Positions 27,642-37,961 of a DNA stretch of 64,000 nt are shown piece after piece (within the stretch, counting starts at the first letter, position 1; each line of letters begins with the position of its first letter). Location: contig OY970166.1 of assembly GCA_963706595.1 (NCBI GenBank), forward strand, positions 2,048,001 to 2,112,000, written 5' to 3'. This DNA comes from an uncultured cyanobacterium (GTDB lineage Bacteria > Cyanobacteriota > Cyanobacteriia > Cyanobacteriales > Nostocaceae). The notes beneath the pieces were generated by a model that was given only the letters and a program-made list of their open reading frames with translations, was not told the origin of the DNA and did not search any database. The translations under genes and the position numbers were made by a program.

Positions 27642-27983
27642 TTAATGATTATATCTGCCTCTATCATGGTGATTGTGTTGTTGGTCTCTTTGATGAATTT
27701 GTTGGTTGTTTTGAGAAGCTTTGTTGACACAAAGATTACCATTACCAAAAGTGTCACACTCTTGACCTATAGCTTGACCGTTAGCGCCATTACCACCAGC
27801 GTTTTTATTGACATTTAGATGGTTTTGTGTAGCATTATTAATACTGCGGTTGTGATTGCCAGTGGTAACACTTCTTTGGTTGATAATTTGAGCGTTATCA
27901 ACATGACTAGGCCGAGCATTAGCAGGAGTAGACGCAAGCGCGATCGCACTTAAAGTGAATAGACCGATGATAAACTTATTCAT
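27642..27983 (-). CDS. Secreted N/Q/G-rich protein with two curlin-like repeats (candidate amyloid subunit)
   Basis: Signal peptide ending PANA|R; repeats aa30-54 and aa68-92. Confidence 0.75.
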   Translation of the reverse strand: MNKFIIGLFTLSAIALASTPANARPSHVDNAQIINQRSVTTGNHNRSINNATQNHLNVNKNAGGNGANGQAIGQECDTFGNGNLCVNKASQNNQQIHQRDQQHNHHDRGRYNH

Positions 27984-28357
27984 GGAAAACTCTACAGTTT
28001 TGAATGGTTAATCTACCCACTAGCTCTGATTAGCTTGAAGCAGTTGGGTTTGCTAGCTTTTTGTCTCAGCTATAAATAACCATAAGAGTATTTTTAGTCC
28101 TGATCTGCTTACAAAGTACAAAGTCTCCGAAGCTTTTTGGTTGATGGCTGACATTTTTTCAAAGATTTAATAACTTTAATCAAAAAGTCATCTACAATTG
28201 TGATTTAAAAATTAACTTAATGATAAAGTTTATTAATACTCTGAGTATAATCTTCTTTCCTATTCATCAAGATCCTCAGCGAACACAAAAGTACAAAAAT
28301 CGGTAAAATTAGGTAAAGTAATTTTGGCATTGGTTAAACAAAGGCATCAGCAAACTC

Positions 28358-29374
28358 ATGCAACTGAAACTCAGTGCATCTAAATTTCCCTTCGCTCCTT
28401 TACTCTTAATCGCCCCTTTTTTCTTCTGGGGAACGGCAATGGTGGCGATGAAAGGAGTCATACCCCACACTACACCCCTATTTATGGCAGGTGTGCGATT
28501 GCTACCAGCTGGGGTGTTAATTTTGATTGCGGCAGTATTGATGGATAAACCCCAGCCAAAGGGTTGGTCAGCATGGCTGTGGATTATTTTATTTGCTTTG
28601 ATAGATGGGGCTTTATTTCAAGGCTTTTTGGCAGAAGGTTTAGTCAGAACTAGTGCTGGTTTAGGGTCGGTGATGATTGACTCTCAACCTTTGGCGGTGG
28701 CTTTGTTGTCGTTGTGGCTCTTTCAAGAACATATTGGTTTGTGGGGATGGCTGGGATTAGGACTGGGAGTCATCGGCATTAGTTTAATTGGTTTGCCCGA
28801 TCAGTTGATTTTGCAGTTGTTTGATGCCAACGTCAATGCAACTGTTGGTAATTGGCAAGATTTGTTTGCTAGTGGTGAATGGTTAATGTTGTTAGCCGCC
28901 CTCTCAATGGCTGCGGGAACAGTGATGATTCGGTTTGTGTGTAGACACGCTGACCCAGTAACCGCTACGGGATGGCACATGATTTTGGGGGGATTGCCGT
29001 TGTGGGGAATTTCATCTGTAACTGAATCTCAGCAGTGGCAGAATCTGGTAACATCTGAATGGATGGCTTTGGGTTATGCTACAGTTTTTGGCAGTGCGAT
29101 CGCCTATGGCTTATTTTTCTACTTTGCTTCTAGCGGTAGCCTCACCAGTCTGAGTTCTCTGACCTTTTTGACTCCCGTCTTTGCCCTATTATTTGGCAAT
29201 CTCTTTCTCTCGGAAGTTCTCAGTCCCTTGCAGTGGGTGGGAGTAGGACTGACTTTAATAAGCATTTATCTGATTAACCAGCGCGATAACTTGGCGGGAC
29301 AAAGTAACGAAGTGAGTGTGGGACAAGAAGTTAAACAGCACTCACGCGCCTTAGAAACCTCGGCTCATAAATAA
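28358..29374 (+). CDS. DMT/EamA family transporter
   Basis: About 10 TM segments; FFWGTAMVA; duplicated EamA domains. Confidence 0.9.
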   Translation: MQLKLSASKFPFAPLLLIAPFFFWGTAMVAMKGVIPHTTPLFMAGVRLLPAGVLILIAAVLMDKPQPKGWSAWLWIILFALIDGALFQGFLAEGLVRTSAGLGSVMIDSQPLAVALLSLWLFQEHIGLWGWLGLGLGVIGISLIGLPDQLILQLFDANVNATVGNWQDLFASGEWLMLLAALSMAAGTVMIRFVCRHADPVTATGWHMILGGLPLWGISSVTESQQWQNLVTSEWMALGYATVFGSAIAYGLFFYFASSGSLTSLSSLTFLTPVFALLFGNLFLSEVLSPLQWVGVGLTLISIYLINQRDNLAGQSNEVSVGQEVKQHSRALETSAHK

Positions 29375-29483
29375 ATTAGTCAGTTTCATGTTTTTTTTGT
29401 TACTTTAAAACTTAACATTTAGACATCTTGAAGTTATTGTGGAATCGATAACTTCAATGTACCTTCAGGCTGATACTGACAAT

Positions 29484-30665
29484 ATGAGGCTATCCCATTC
29501 CTCAATTCTGATTTTTACCTGTTTTACTTGCTTGGGTTTTTACCCACATCGCGCAAGTACGGCAGCATATCATCTAGCATCCCCAGAAATTGCACAAGCA
29601 AGTTCGACCACACCTGTCACCGAGAATGTTCTCAAACTCGGTAGTCAAGGGTCCTATGTTCAAATCATGCAAATTCAATTAAAGGATTTAGGATACTACG
29701 ATAGTGTGACAGATGGAGTATATGGGCAAAATACGCAAAATGCTGTAATTCAGTTTCAGAAATCCCAAAATTTAGAAAGAAGAGATGGAGTTGCTGATCA
29801 TGCAACTAGGCTCAGTCTGCAAACAGCTTGGGCAGAAAAAAATCCCTTTGCGCCCTTTGCTCGCGTCGCCTCCGCATCTACTACTCCAACTGTCCAGAAA
29901 ACTGAGCAGTCACAAGCCAGCGAGCGAGGGTTTATTTGGTGGTCATTATTGGGTCTAGGAATTCTAGGAACTATTGGCGCAGTCCTGTTTGGCATGAAAT
30001 GGTTCAGTCAGGTCAAAGACCAGCCAGAATCTACTCCTACCCAATTGAAAGCTTTGAGTCCTGGTGGCGAAAACTTAGTGCAGCCGCCGTTGCAAGAGTT
30101 GGAAACTGAATCAAAACCGCAGGAAAATCATGTATTGGCCATCAGTCCACAAACAGCAACAGCCTCTATTACCACAACAGTATCACCAGATGAAATGACT
30201 TCGCCTCTGACCAAACTGAATATTGTTGATGAATTGATTCAGGACTTACGCGGTAGCAATCGCCCGAAACGGCGCAGGGCTATTTGGGATTTGGGTCAGC
30301 AAGGTGACTCACGAGCTATTCAGCCCCTAGTAGACTTGATGATTGATGCTGATTCTCAACAACGCAGTTTAATTTTGGCGGCTTTGGCAGAAATTAACTC
30401 GCGCGCACTCACACCCATGAACCGTGCTTTGGCAATTTCATTGCAAGATGAAAGTCCACAAGTGCGACAAAATGCTATCCGTGACCTGACTCGCGTTTAT
30501 GACATGATGATTCAAATGAGCCAGATGTTAGTCCACGCGCTGGAGGACCCGGATGTTAATGTGCAAACTACGGCAAAGTATGCTCTGACTCAGATGAATA
30601 AAATGCGGATTTTACCCGATCAACAGAGTCTACCAAAAGGTCATCACCAAGAGGCAGAACAGTAA
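29484..30665 (+). CDS. Peptidoglycan-binding, TM and HEAT-repeat protein
   Basis: LKLGSQG..Q.QLKDLGYY..DGVYG..T..AV..FQ (PG_binding_1); TM FIWWSLLGLGILG; C-terminal HEAT repeats. Confidence 0.85.
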   Translation: MRLSHSSILIFTCFTCLGFYPHRASTAAYHLASPEIAQASSTTPVTENVLKLGSQGSYVQIMQIQLKDLGYYDSVTDGVYGQNTQNAVIQFQKSQNLERRDGVADHATRLSLQTAWAEKNPFAPFARVASASTTPTVQKTEQSQASERGFIWWSLLGLGILGTIGAVLFGMKWFSQVKDQPESTPTQLKALSPGGENLVQPPLQELETESKPQENHVLAISPQTATASITTTVSPDEMTSPLTKLNIVDELIQDLRGSNRPKRRRAIWDLGQQGDSRAIQPLVDLMIDADSQQRSLILAALAEINSRALTPMNRALAISLQDESPQVRQNAIRDLTRVYDMMIQMSQMLVHALEDPDVNVQTTAKYALTQMNKMRILPDQQSLPKGHHQEAEQ

Positions 30666-30666
30666 C

Positions 30667-31125
30667 TCATAAATATTTCAATTGGATTTGGATAACTGTA
30701 TTTGGGCCTGCTAACAAAAAAGCGGCTTCCTTGAACTTAGGAGGACTGGTGCGAACTTCTGGGTTTCTGGAAAACCCAAAGCCTTCGATGGGCATACCAA
30801 GGTTATTACGATTGAGGATTTGGTCTTTATTCTGATCATGGATAACGGCAACAGCATAACTACCCGCTTGTAAGTTATCAAAAGTCACTTTTAAAGACCC
30901 CTCGGCAATCTGGGTGCATTGCCTTTTGAATACGCGATCGCTTTTGCTGGGAAATCCTTGACTATTAGCAAATATGCTCACACAAACCTGTCCTTCTGTG
31001 TTCCGAAATCCATCAATTTCCACGGTGAGATTACCCTGAAAACTTGCCCTAGCACTGGATATCCAGGTAAAATTTCCGATAACTGCCAGTAACAGCGCAC
31101 TCAGTCCCAGTTTTTTCATCATCAT
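30667..31125 (-). CDS. DUF2141 family secreted protein
   Basis: GSYAVAVIHDQN..GMPIEGFGFSRNP. Confidence 0.9.
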   Translation of the reverse strand: MMMKKLGLSALLLAVIGNFTWISSARASFQGNLTVEIDGFRNTEGQVCVSIFANSQGFPSKSDRVFKRQCTQIAEGSLKVTFDNLQAGSYAVAVIHDQNKDQILNRNNLGMPIEGFGFSRNPEVRTSPPKFKEAAFLLAGPNTVIQIQLKYL

Positions 31126-31241
31126 GTCGTCACTAAAATCAAAAAAAATTTGTTGGCACTAAGTACAGTTTGGCATTAATTTGTCACGGTTAACATCTAA
31201 ATACTCATTTTGAATTGGTTTTGACTTGTAAGTTGCTGTAC

Positions 31242-31350
31242 TAGTACAGCACGGCGTAAATAAACCAACCATTCCAAGTCAATGAAAATCCTATAGAATA
31301 AGCTTTTTGACTTTTGACTTTTGACTTTTGACTTCCGCTTTGCGGTACTA
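31242..31350. mobile_element. MITE containing (TTTTGAC)4
   Basis: Ends TAGTACAGCACGGCG...CGCTTTGCGGTACTA, TA-flanked. Confidence 0.6.
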
Positions 31351-32706
31351 GCCCCTGGCGATGGGTATTTTAATGATGAACTCAGTTCCTTGCCCAAATG
31401 TAGATACACACTGTAGTTGTCCCCCATGTTTTTCCACTACAATTTGATAACTGATAGATAGTCCCAATCCAGTGCCTTTACCGACGGGTTTAGTCGTGAA
31501 AAATGGGTCAAATAATCGCTGTTTTACATTCTCTGGTATGCCAGTTCCATTATCACTAATGTGAATTTCTATGCATTTTTTGTTAATGATTTGAGTGGAA
31601 ATTTTAATAACTGGATTCTTCTTTTCTTTGCTCTTAACCAGTAATTCTTCTAAAGCATCTATAGCATTAGTCAAGATATTCATAAATACCTGATTGAGTA
31701 GACCAGGGTAGCATTCCACTAAAGGAAGTGTTCCGTATTCCTTAACCAGGGTAATACTTTCACTGATTTTGTGATTTTTCAGGCGACTTTGTAAAATTAG
31801 CAGGGTACTATCAATCCCTTCATGAAGATCAACTGTTTTTTTCTTAGCTTCATCAAGGCGAGAGAAATTTTTTAAAGACCGCACTATCTGCTCAATACGA
31901 ACGCAGCCAATTTCCATAGAATTCAGAAGTTTAGGAAGGTCTGCTGTTAAAAAATCCAGGTCAATTTTACTAGCCTCAGTTTGAATTTCTGCCACTGGAT
32001 GAGCATCGTATTGTTGGTACAAACTGATGAGTTTGAGTAGTTTCTGGCTGTAGTCCTTAGCGTGAACTAGATTACCAGAAATAAAATTAACTGGGTTGTT
32101 GATTTCGTGAGCTACACCAGCAACTAATTGGCCTAAAGCCGCCATTTTTTCATTTTGTAGGAGTCTACTATAATTGTGCTGGAGGTCATGAAAACCTGCT
32201 TTGGCTACTCTTGATTGTTCCTCCACACGTTGTAACTGACTCAGTGTTAAAGAATGAATTTGGGTATTAGCTAAGAGTAACTGGTGAAAATCAAGTAATC
32301 CATGCTTTCCACCAGTTATGACGATAATTGGCTCATAAACAAGTTTAGGCGATCGCTCCAACGCTTTCTGGGTAGCTTCTACAATCGGTATATCCCCCAG
32401 CAGTGTAAATATCTCTGGTCGGAGAAAGTTATAAAGATGTTGGATAGGTCGCTTAGAAAAAAGCCCAAAACTATAGGGACGGCTCATGTGTTCAAAGAAT
32501 TTCGCTCGCGACACCATTCCCTCGTAGGAATTGTTTTTAGTCAAAATAATTCCTGGGAGTAAAGGCTCTTGCTGAAAAAGTTTAGTCAATTCATTAACTG
32601 GGCTTGCTAGAGAAATCTGAGTATTCCACAGTGGTAACTCTTGCAAAATTGACTCTAATCGCAGATTTAACTCATTGGCATTTGTCATGCTACGCATAGC
32701 CAGCAT
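31348..32706 (-). CDS. Cytoplasmic sensor histidine kinase (CBS-like N-terminus)
   Basis: GVAHEINNP H-box, NAIDA, DNGTGI, FDPFFTTK, GTGLGLS. Confidence 0.92.
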   Translation of the reverse strand: MLAMRSMTNANELNLRLESILQELPLWNTQISLASPVNELTKLFQQEPLLPGIILTKNNSYEGMVSRAKFFEHMSRPYSFGLFSKRPIQHLYNFLRPEIFTLLGDIPIVEATQKALERSPKLVYEPIIVITGGKHGLLDFHQLLLANTQIHSLTLSQLQRVEEQSRVAKAGFHDLQHNYSRLLQNEKMAALGQLVAGVAHEINNPVNFISGNLVHAKDYSQKLLKLISLYQQYDAHPVAEIQTEASKIDLDFLTADLPKLLNSMEIGCVRIEQIVRSLKNFSRLDEAKKKTVDLHEGIDSTLLILQSRLKNHKISESITLVKEYGTLPLVECYPGLLNQVFMNILTNAIDALEELLVKSKEKKNPVIKISTQIINKKCIEIHISDNGTGIPENVKQRLFDPFFTTKPVGKGTGLGLSISYQIVVEKHGGQLQCVSTFGQGTEFIIKIPIARG

Positions 32707-33236
32707 AATCGAAATCCTTTGCCCTTTAGGTAATATTATTTTGCTTTTCGCCCTGAACCGCCATTTTGATAGTTGTCCAGCATATTGCTACTTCTAGCAA
32801 GATTGGCATATTTAGTATTCCCAAAATTAGATTACAAATTGATCCATTTTGTAATTTTTTTATTTACGGCTGATTAAGTTTTGGTTAAAAGTCCTGAATA
32901 TCAGGTTTTCAAATAAAATTTATCCCAATGTGATATAGAACACAAATTCACATCTCAGAAAACAGTTTTTTGCGAATTAGGGCAATAACAAGTAGAAAAA
33001 CTCTAAATTTTTGTCTTCAAGGTATTATACCGGATTAGCTTATTCTGGCATCCATCAATAAATAATATCTATTTCGGATAATTGGCGACTAAATTATCAA
33101 AAAAGTCAAGCATAAATTATACTGTTAGAAAATTTATCCCAATTATCAGCTATGGTCATGGTTTTTATTTCTCACTCCTCACGATTAATTGCTTCATCTT
33201 GGTCTATCTGTACTTTTGAATCCTAGTCAATTATTT

Positions 33237-34136
33237 ATGCAATCTAAAATATGCCCTCCACCCCTAGAACCTGGTGATTTATTGAGAGTAATTGCTCCTA
33301 GTGGTGCGTTGCGAGAATTTGAAGCGTTTGAACGGAGTGTAGAAATTTGGCGATCGCGCGGTTATCGCATTCAGATTATGCCAAAATTAACTGATAAATG
33401 GGGATATTTAGCAGAAAAAGATGAGTTCCGTCGTCAACAACTCACCACAGCCTGGTCAGATCCAGATTGTCGCGGTATTCTCTGCACCAGGGGCGGATTT
33501 GGTAGCACCCGCATTTTAGAAAATTGGAGTTGGGACATACACTCAGCACCACCCAAATGGCTAATTGGGTTTTCTGACATTACAGCTTTGTTATGGAGTC
33601 TTTACACAGCAGGTATTACCAGCGTTCATGCTCCTGTACTGACGACTTTAGCCGATGAAACAGATTGGTCAATTGAGCGATTATTCGATTTTGTAGAAGG
33701 TCGCCCTATTGCGCCTCTTAAGGGTTGTGCTTGGGGCGGTGGAATTGCTACAGGTCTTTTACTTCCAGGTAATCTCACGGTGGCAACTCATCTTTTAGCT
33801 ACATCGATTATCCCAAATTTAGATGATGTCATTTTGGCATGGGAAGATGTCACAGAAGCACCCTACCGTATTGACCGAATGCTGACGCAGTGGCGTTTAA
33901 GTGGTGTTTTATCAAAAGTCCGTGGGATTGCATTAGGAAGTTTTAGTAAATGCGAACCACCGCCAAATGTTCCTAGCTTCAGTGTGGAAGAAGTTCTACG
34001 CGATCGCTTGGGTGATTTAGGCATTCCCATTGTATCCGATTTACCCTTTGGTCATGATAGCCCCAATGCAGCTTTACCAGTTGGTGTATTAGCCACATTA
34101 GACGCAGACCAGGGGATTTTGAGTATTAGTCATTAG
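33237..34136 (+). CDS. ldcA: LD-carboxypeptidase (peptidase S66)
   Basis: IAPSG, RGGFG, GFSDIT, EDV.E..YRIDRML, FGH. Confidence 0.92.
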   Translation: MQSKICPPPLEPGDLLRVIAPSGALREFEAFERSVEIWRSRGYRIQIMPKLTDKWGYLAEKDEFRRQQLTTAWSDPDCRGILCTRGGFGSTRILENWSWDIHSAPPKWLIGFSDITALLWSLYTAGITSVHAPVLTTLADETDWSIERLFDFVEGRPIAPLKGCAWGGGIATGLLLPGNLTVATHLLATSIIPNLDDVILAWEDVTEAPYRIDRMLTQWRLSGVLSKVRGIALGSFSKCEPPPNVPSFSVEEVLRDRLGDLGIPIVSDLPFGHDSPNAALPVGVLATLDADQGILSISH

Positions 34137-34260
34137 TCATTAGTCATTGGTCATTAGTCATTAGTCATTAGTCATTGGGAAGTTACCGTCTTCTCCCCCC
34201 TGCTCCCTTCTCCCCTGCCTCTTCCCCCTCCACTCCCCACTCCCCACTCCCCACTCCCCC
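34126..34260. repeat. Heptamer tandem repeats (TTAGTCA)n and (CCCACTC)n
   Basis: Directly visible between convergent genes. Confidence 0.85.
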
Positions 34261-34262
34261 AT

Positions 34263-35861
34263 CTAACTCAACTGGGCGACAAGTTGATTTTCTAAAAGCG
34301 TGTCATTGGTTAACAAGTCTTCAACAGTGATGCGTAAAAAACGTTGTTCGTCCACTTGAAACAAAATTTTAATGCGATCGCTTCCCGGAAATCCTGGTGG
34401 TGTGAGTTGGGCGATGGTTCTCGCACCGGCTTGATCATTCAGGGGTTTAACAGTGGTTGCACCTTCTTCCATGCGACGAGTAATTAAGCGATCGCCATCA
34501 AAATAAACTTCGGTGCTAGCTGTTTCTGATCCCAATTCCCCCATAATTAATTCAATGCTGGGTTGATTTTCTAAAGATGCGCCTAAAACTAATTCCACTG
34601 GCTCACTCATGGGGTAAGCCTGTCCAGTTTTAATAATAGAATGCCAATTGTGGCGCTGATTGCGACGATCCCAATAGCGCACACCGTAACTATGATAGAG
34701 AAAATCCTTGATTTCCATGCCTTGGGCTAACTGTAATGCACCTTGAGCGATCGCTTCAAAAGGACGTTCACAGCGAATTTTTTCCGGCTGAAAATACTGT
34801 TTTACCCATGTCTGCACTGCGGGTAATTGCACAGTCCCACCAACTAACAACACGGCGTTAATATCTGCAACTTCTATCCCCTGTCGTCGCGCTTGCTGTA
34901 ATAGACTGCGTCATCGACTCATCTAATTGGGCAAAAAATCCCTGTTCTTTGAGGATATTGTCTAAAACTTCGCGGTTGAGTGACAATTCATAGCTTTCAA
35001 AATGTCTCATCATCAAAATAAACTTCACTAGCTTGGTTTTGGGTTGATAGCTGAATTTTGACCCGTTCAGCTAATCTTGTTGTCAAGGGAGTTACCGCTA
35101 GTCCTTGAGTTTTAGCAAAGTAATCTACTAACCAATCATCAATATCAGTACCGCCTAGATTTTGCCCTGCTTTAGCCAGTACACGGGCTGTTTTAGCTTT
35201 TTGTCGTGAATCTGTCAGCCAGAGATTTATTACCCCATTTGAGGAGAAATCCCACAGGCTTTTGATTCTGCACACTTTGATCCAAACGTACCAGGGATAA
35301 GTCTAAAGTCCCACCGCCAAAGTCAATCACCAAGAGAATTTCTTGGTCTGCTAAACCATAACCCAAAGCGGCGGCTGTGGGTTCATCTAGCATCTGCACC
35401 TTTCCACAGGAAGGGCTTGGCAAACTTTGCTTAACCAGTGACGATAAGCTTCAAAGCTGTCTACGGGTACTGTTAATACTAGAGAATCTAAACCGCCTTG
35501 CATAGGGATAAGTTTTTCAATTACCTTGAGTGAGGAATAATTGCCCTACTTGCTCAAAGGTGATATTTTCTCCATCTATTTCTGGTAGAAAACCTTGAAT
35601 ATCCGCACCAATTCCCCGTTTGAAGCTGCGGAAAAATCGCGTGTCATTCTTGAGGTCAAAACCGCGATCGCGTACTTCTTGCCCTACTAAAACTTTACCC
35701 TGTGTTGCATCTTCTACATACACTAGGCTGGGAATTAGTGGCGGGTTGAGGCTTTGCTGAATTGATAAACCCGGTATAGTCAGGGTTTCAGGTTGCTGGG
35801 TGACGGGGTTCCAGCGAGCAATGACTGTGTTGCTTGTACCAAAATCGATAGCGATCGCCAT
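34263..35861 (-). pseudogene. Hsp70-family (DnaK-like) gene split by about five single-base indels; true pseudogene or sequencing error
   Basis: Fragments carry AIDFGTSNT, LTVP, DEPTAAA, DFGGGTLD, GGTDID and LVGG in order; frame switches near 35524, 35402, 35213, 35000 and 34908. Confidence 0.85.
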
Positions 35862-35939
35862 ATTGGTTTAATTATCTCACGCATTAGCGAAGCGAAGTAC
35901 GAAGTACGTTAGGCGCAAAGGCGCAAAGTGTTTTTAAGA

Positions 35940-36887
35940 TTATTGTCCCATAAGCCACCAAGAGCGCAAATGAGCGATCGCTTCTTCTTTGTGTTTGGCT
36001 TCGACTTCTATCCAGGGGGCTTGGTGGTAAACTTGGGGCATAGCGGTGATTAAATTACTGTGCTTTCTGTCGTTAAAAGCGGTGTCACCATTGGAAATGT
36101 GAACTAATTGCCAATCTGGGTTTGCCCAAGTTTCTCGCGCTGCGTAAAACATAGCGGCTACACTGGGATGATCGTAGCTATCTAATTTTTCATGGCAAAT
36201 TTGGTGATGGGCATCGAATACCATGGGGATGCCTGTCTGCTCACACACTGCTAAAATTTCTTCAGAACTATAAGCGTATTCATCGTTTTCTAGAGTTAAA
36301 CGATTTTTAATTGCTTCTGGCAATTCTGAGATTACCTGAATTAGTTCGGCTGGGCGTTGAGATTTTCCGCCGTGAATATTCATCAATGACCAAGGTGAAC
36401 GAGGTAAGCCTAATAAGTCCAGTGTCCGGGCGTGTCGTTCTAAAATTTTAATACTTGTTTTGACAATTTCGGTAGAATCAGAACTCAGTACTACATATTG
36501 GTCTGGGTGCAGCACCATTCTAATATCCAATGCTTGCGCCTTTTGACCAATTTTACTTAAATTTTCGGTCATTTCCTCTAATATATTCGCTCCGATATCG
36601 TCTTCCATGTCACTCATGGGAAATAAAGCCGAAGTCATGCGATACAGCCGAATATTATTTTCTTGACAAAAAGACAATGCTGCATCTAAGCGCTGCAAGT
36701 TATCTTGATAGAGTTCTCTGAGAACAGTTTCGCGATCGCTCAGAGAAAGTTTCAAGTAACGCGTGCGTGTTATAGTCCGAAAACGCACCTGCTTGGATAC
36801 AGTAATACAAACCAGCCCTAAATATGGTGGAGATGGTTTTTGTGCTGGCTCTAGATGCGGTTGATTTTGAAATTGGATTGCAGTCAT
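35940..36887 (-). CDS. uvsE: UV DNA damage endonuclease
   Basis: LYRMTS..FP, HPDQY, NIHGG, LENDE, FDAHH, EVEAK.KE. Confidence 0.93.
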   Translation of the reverse strand: MTAIQFQNQPHLEPAQKPSPPYLGLVCITVSKQVRFRTITRTRYLKLSLSDRETVLRELYQDNLQRLDAALSFCQENNIRLYRMTSALFPMSDMEDDIGANILEEMTENLSKIGQKAQALDIRMVLHPDQYVVLSSDSTEIVKTSIKILERHARTLDLLGLPRSPWSLMNIHGGKSQRPAELIQVISELPEAIKNRLTLENDEYAYSSEEILAVCEQTGIPMVFDAHHQICHEKLDSYDHPSVAAMFYAARETWANPDWQLVHISNGDTAFNDRKHSNLITAMPQVYHQAPWIEVEAKHKEEAIAHLRSWWLMGQ

Positions 36888-36917
36888 TAACTAAAATTAA
36901 TAAATAAATTATCCATA

Positions 36918-37101
36918 TTGTGGGGTGGGCATACTTCGACAAGCTCAGTACAAGTCTTGCCCGCCCTGATTAAGGGACGGGTGGGGACACAATTGATTCT
37001 ATCCCCCTAAATCCCCCTTAAAAAGGGGGACTTCAATAAATTTCCCCCCCTGCTCCCTGCTCCCTGCTCCCCTGCCTCTTCTCCCTGCTCCCTTGCCTCT
37101 T
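36918..37101. repeat. Cluster of dispersed repeats (GTGGGGTGGGCA hairpin, CCCCCTAAATCCCCCTTAAAAAGGGGGA, (CCTGCTC)n)
   Basis: Directly visible. Confidence 0.6.
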
Positions 37102-37103
37102 TC

Positions 37104-37829
37104 TCACGCTTCTGGTTCAATACCCAAAGCACGCAATTGTGCTGTTAAGCGTTCAGCCCTTTGGCGCTCCTGTTCTGCTCTTTCTTCACCAGTCAACAAC
37201 AAATTACCTTGCAAATCCCAGCAGCGCAGCCAGGGTAATTCCATATTGTGATATGAGTCCTGCCATATACCTAACTCAACACCTAAATGAGGTATGGGAT
37301 AATGCCCACGCTCATTTGCTGGTAATGGCTGATACTGTCCCTCAATTAAGTGATAAACTTCTACACTGGCTTTATTCACTTCATAAATGCCATAGAAGGG
37401 AGGACGAATCACCTGCTCATAAATCCAAAATTTTCCCTTCCAAGGAGTTTTGTCTCGCTCCTCGCTACCATCTCCAGAGACAAATTCTAAAACAATCAAA
37501 GGGGCAATAAATTCTCGCCACAGCACGTAAGAGCGTCGTGTTTGTCCATCCAGTAAGGGCGGTACATTCGGGACATAAAACCAGTCGGGAGCTTCTGCGC
37601 CTTTTTCTGGGGGGTCAGTCATGCGCCAGTAAATACCGCTATCTTGACCAATACAGTACTGCCCATCGGGGTGAAGTTTTTGCAGTATTGGTTTAATAGA
37701 ATCGGTTAGTAGAATGCTTTGAGGATGTTCCTGGAAGTTTTTCACAAATGTGCCATCAGACTCTGGTAGCTGAGTATGGTCAGGAAAAGGGGTGAGTTCT
37801 TCAGTGGCTGGATTGGTTGCAGAGGTCAT
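37104..37829 (-). CDS. Uma2/DUF820 family endonuclease-like protein
   Basis: PDHTQLPESDG, APDWFYVP, PLIVLEFVS, C-terminal ERAEQERQRAE. Confidence 0.92.
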   Translation of the reverse strand: MTSATNPATEELTPFPDHTQLPESDGTFVKNFQEHPQSILLTDSIKPILQKLHPDGQYCIGQDSGIYWRMTDPPEKGAEAPDWFYVPNVPPLLDGQTRRSYVLWREFIAPLIVLEFVSGDGSEERDKTPWKGKFWIYEQVIRPPFYGIYEVNKASVEVYHLIEGQYQPLPANERGHYPIPHLGVELGIWQDSYHNMELPWLRCWDLQGNLLLTGEERAEQERQRAERLTAQLRALGIEPEA

Positions 37830-37961
37830 AAAGCTACCTTTGCTTAGGAGTGAGGGTTGTATTTAGTCTAGCAATAAACATTAATTAGATTTTTGGTCAG
37901 CTTACTAAGGGGAGATGAAGTAGTGGGTAAAGATAAGTCGCAAATTGTGGAACCCGTGTTT

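Noticed and set aside
31197..31427. 76-aa ORF with KSKVKSQKSK
   Set aside because: Translation of the (TTTTGAC)n repeat inside a MITE
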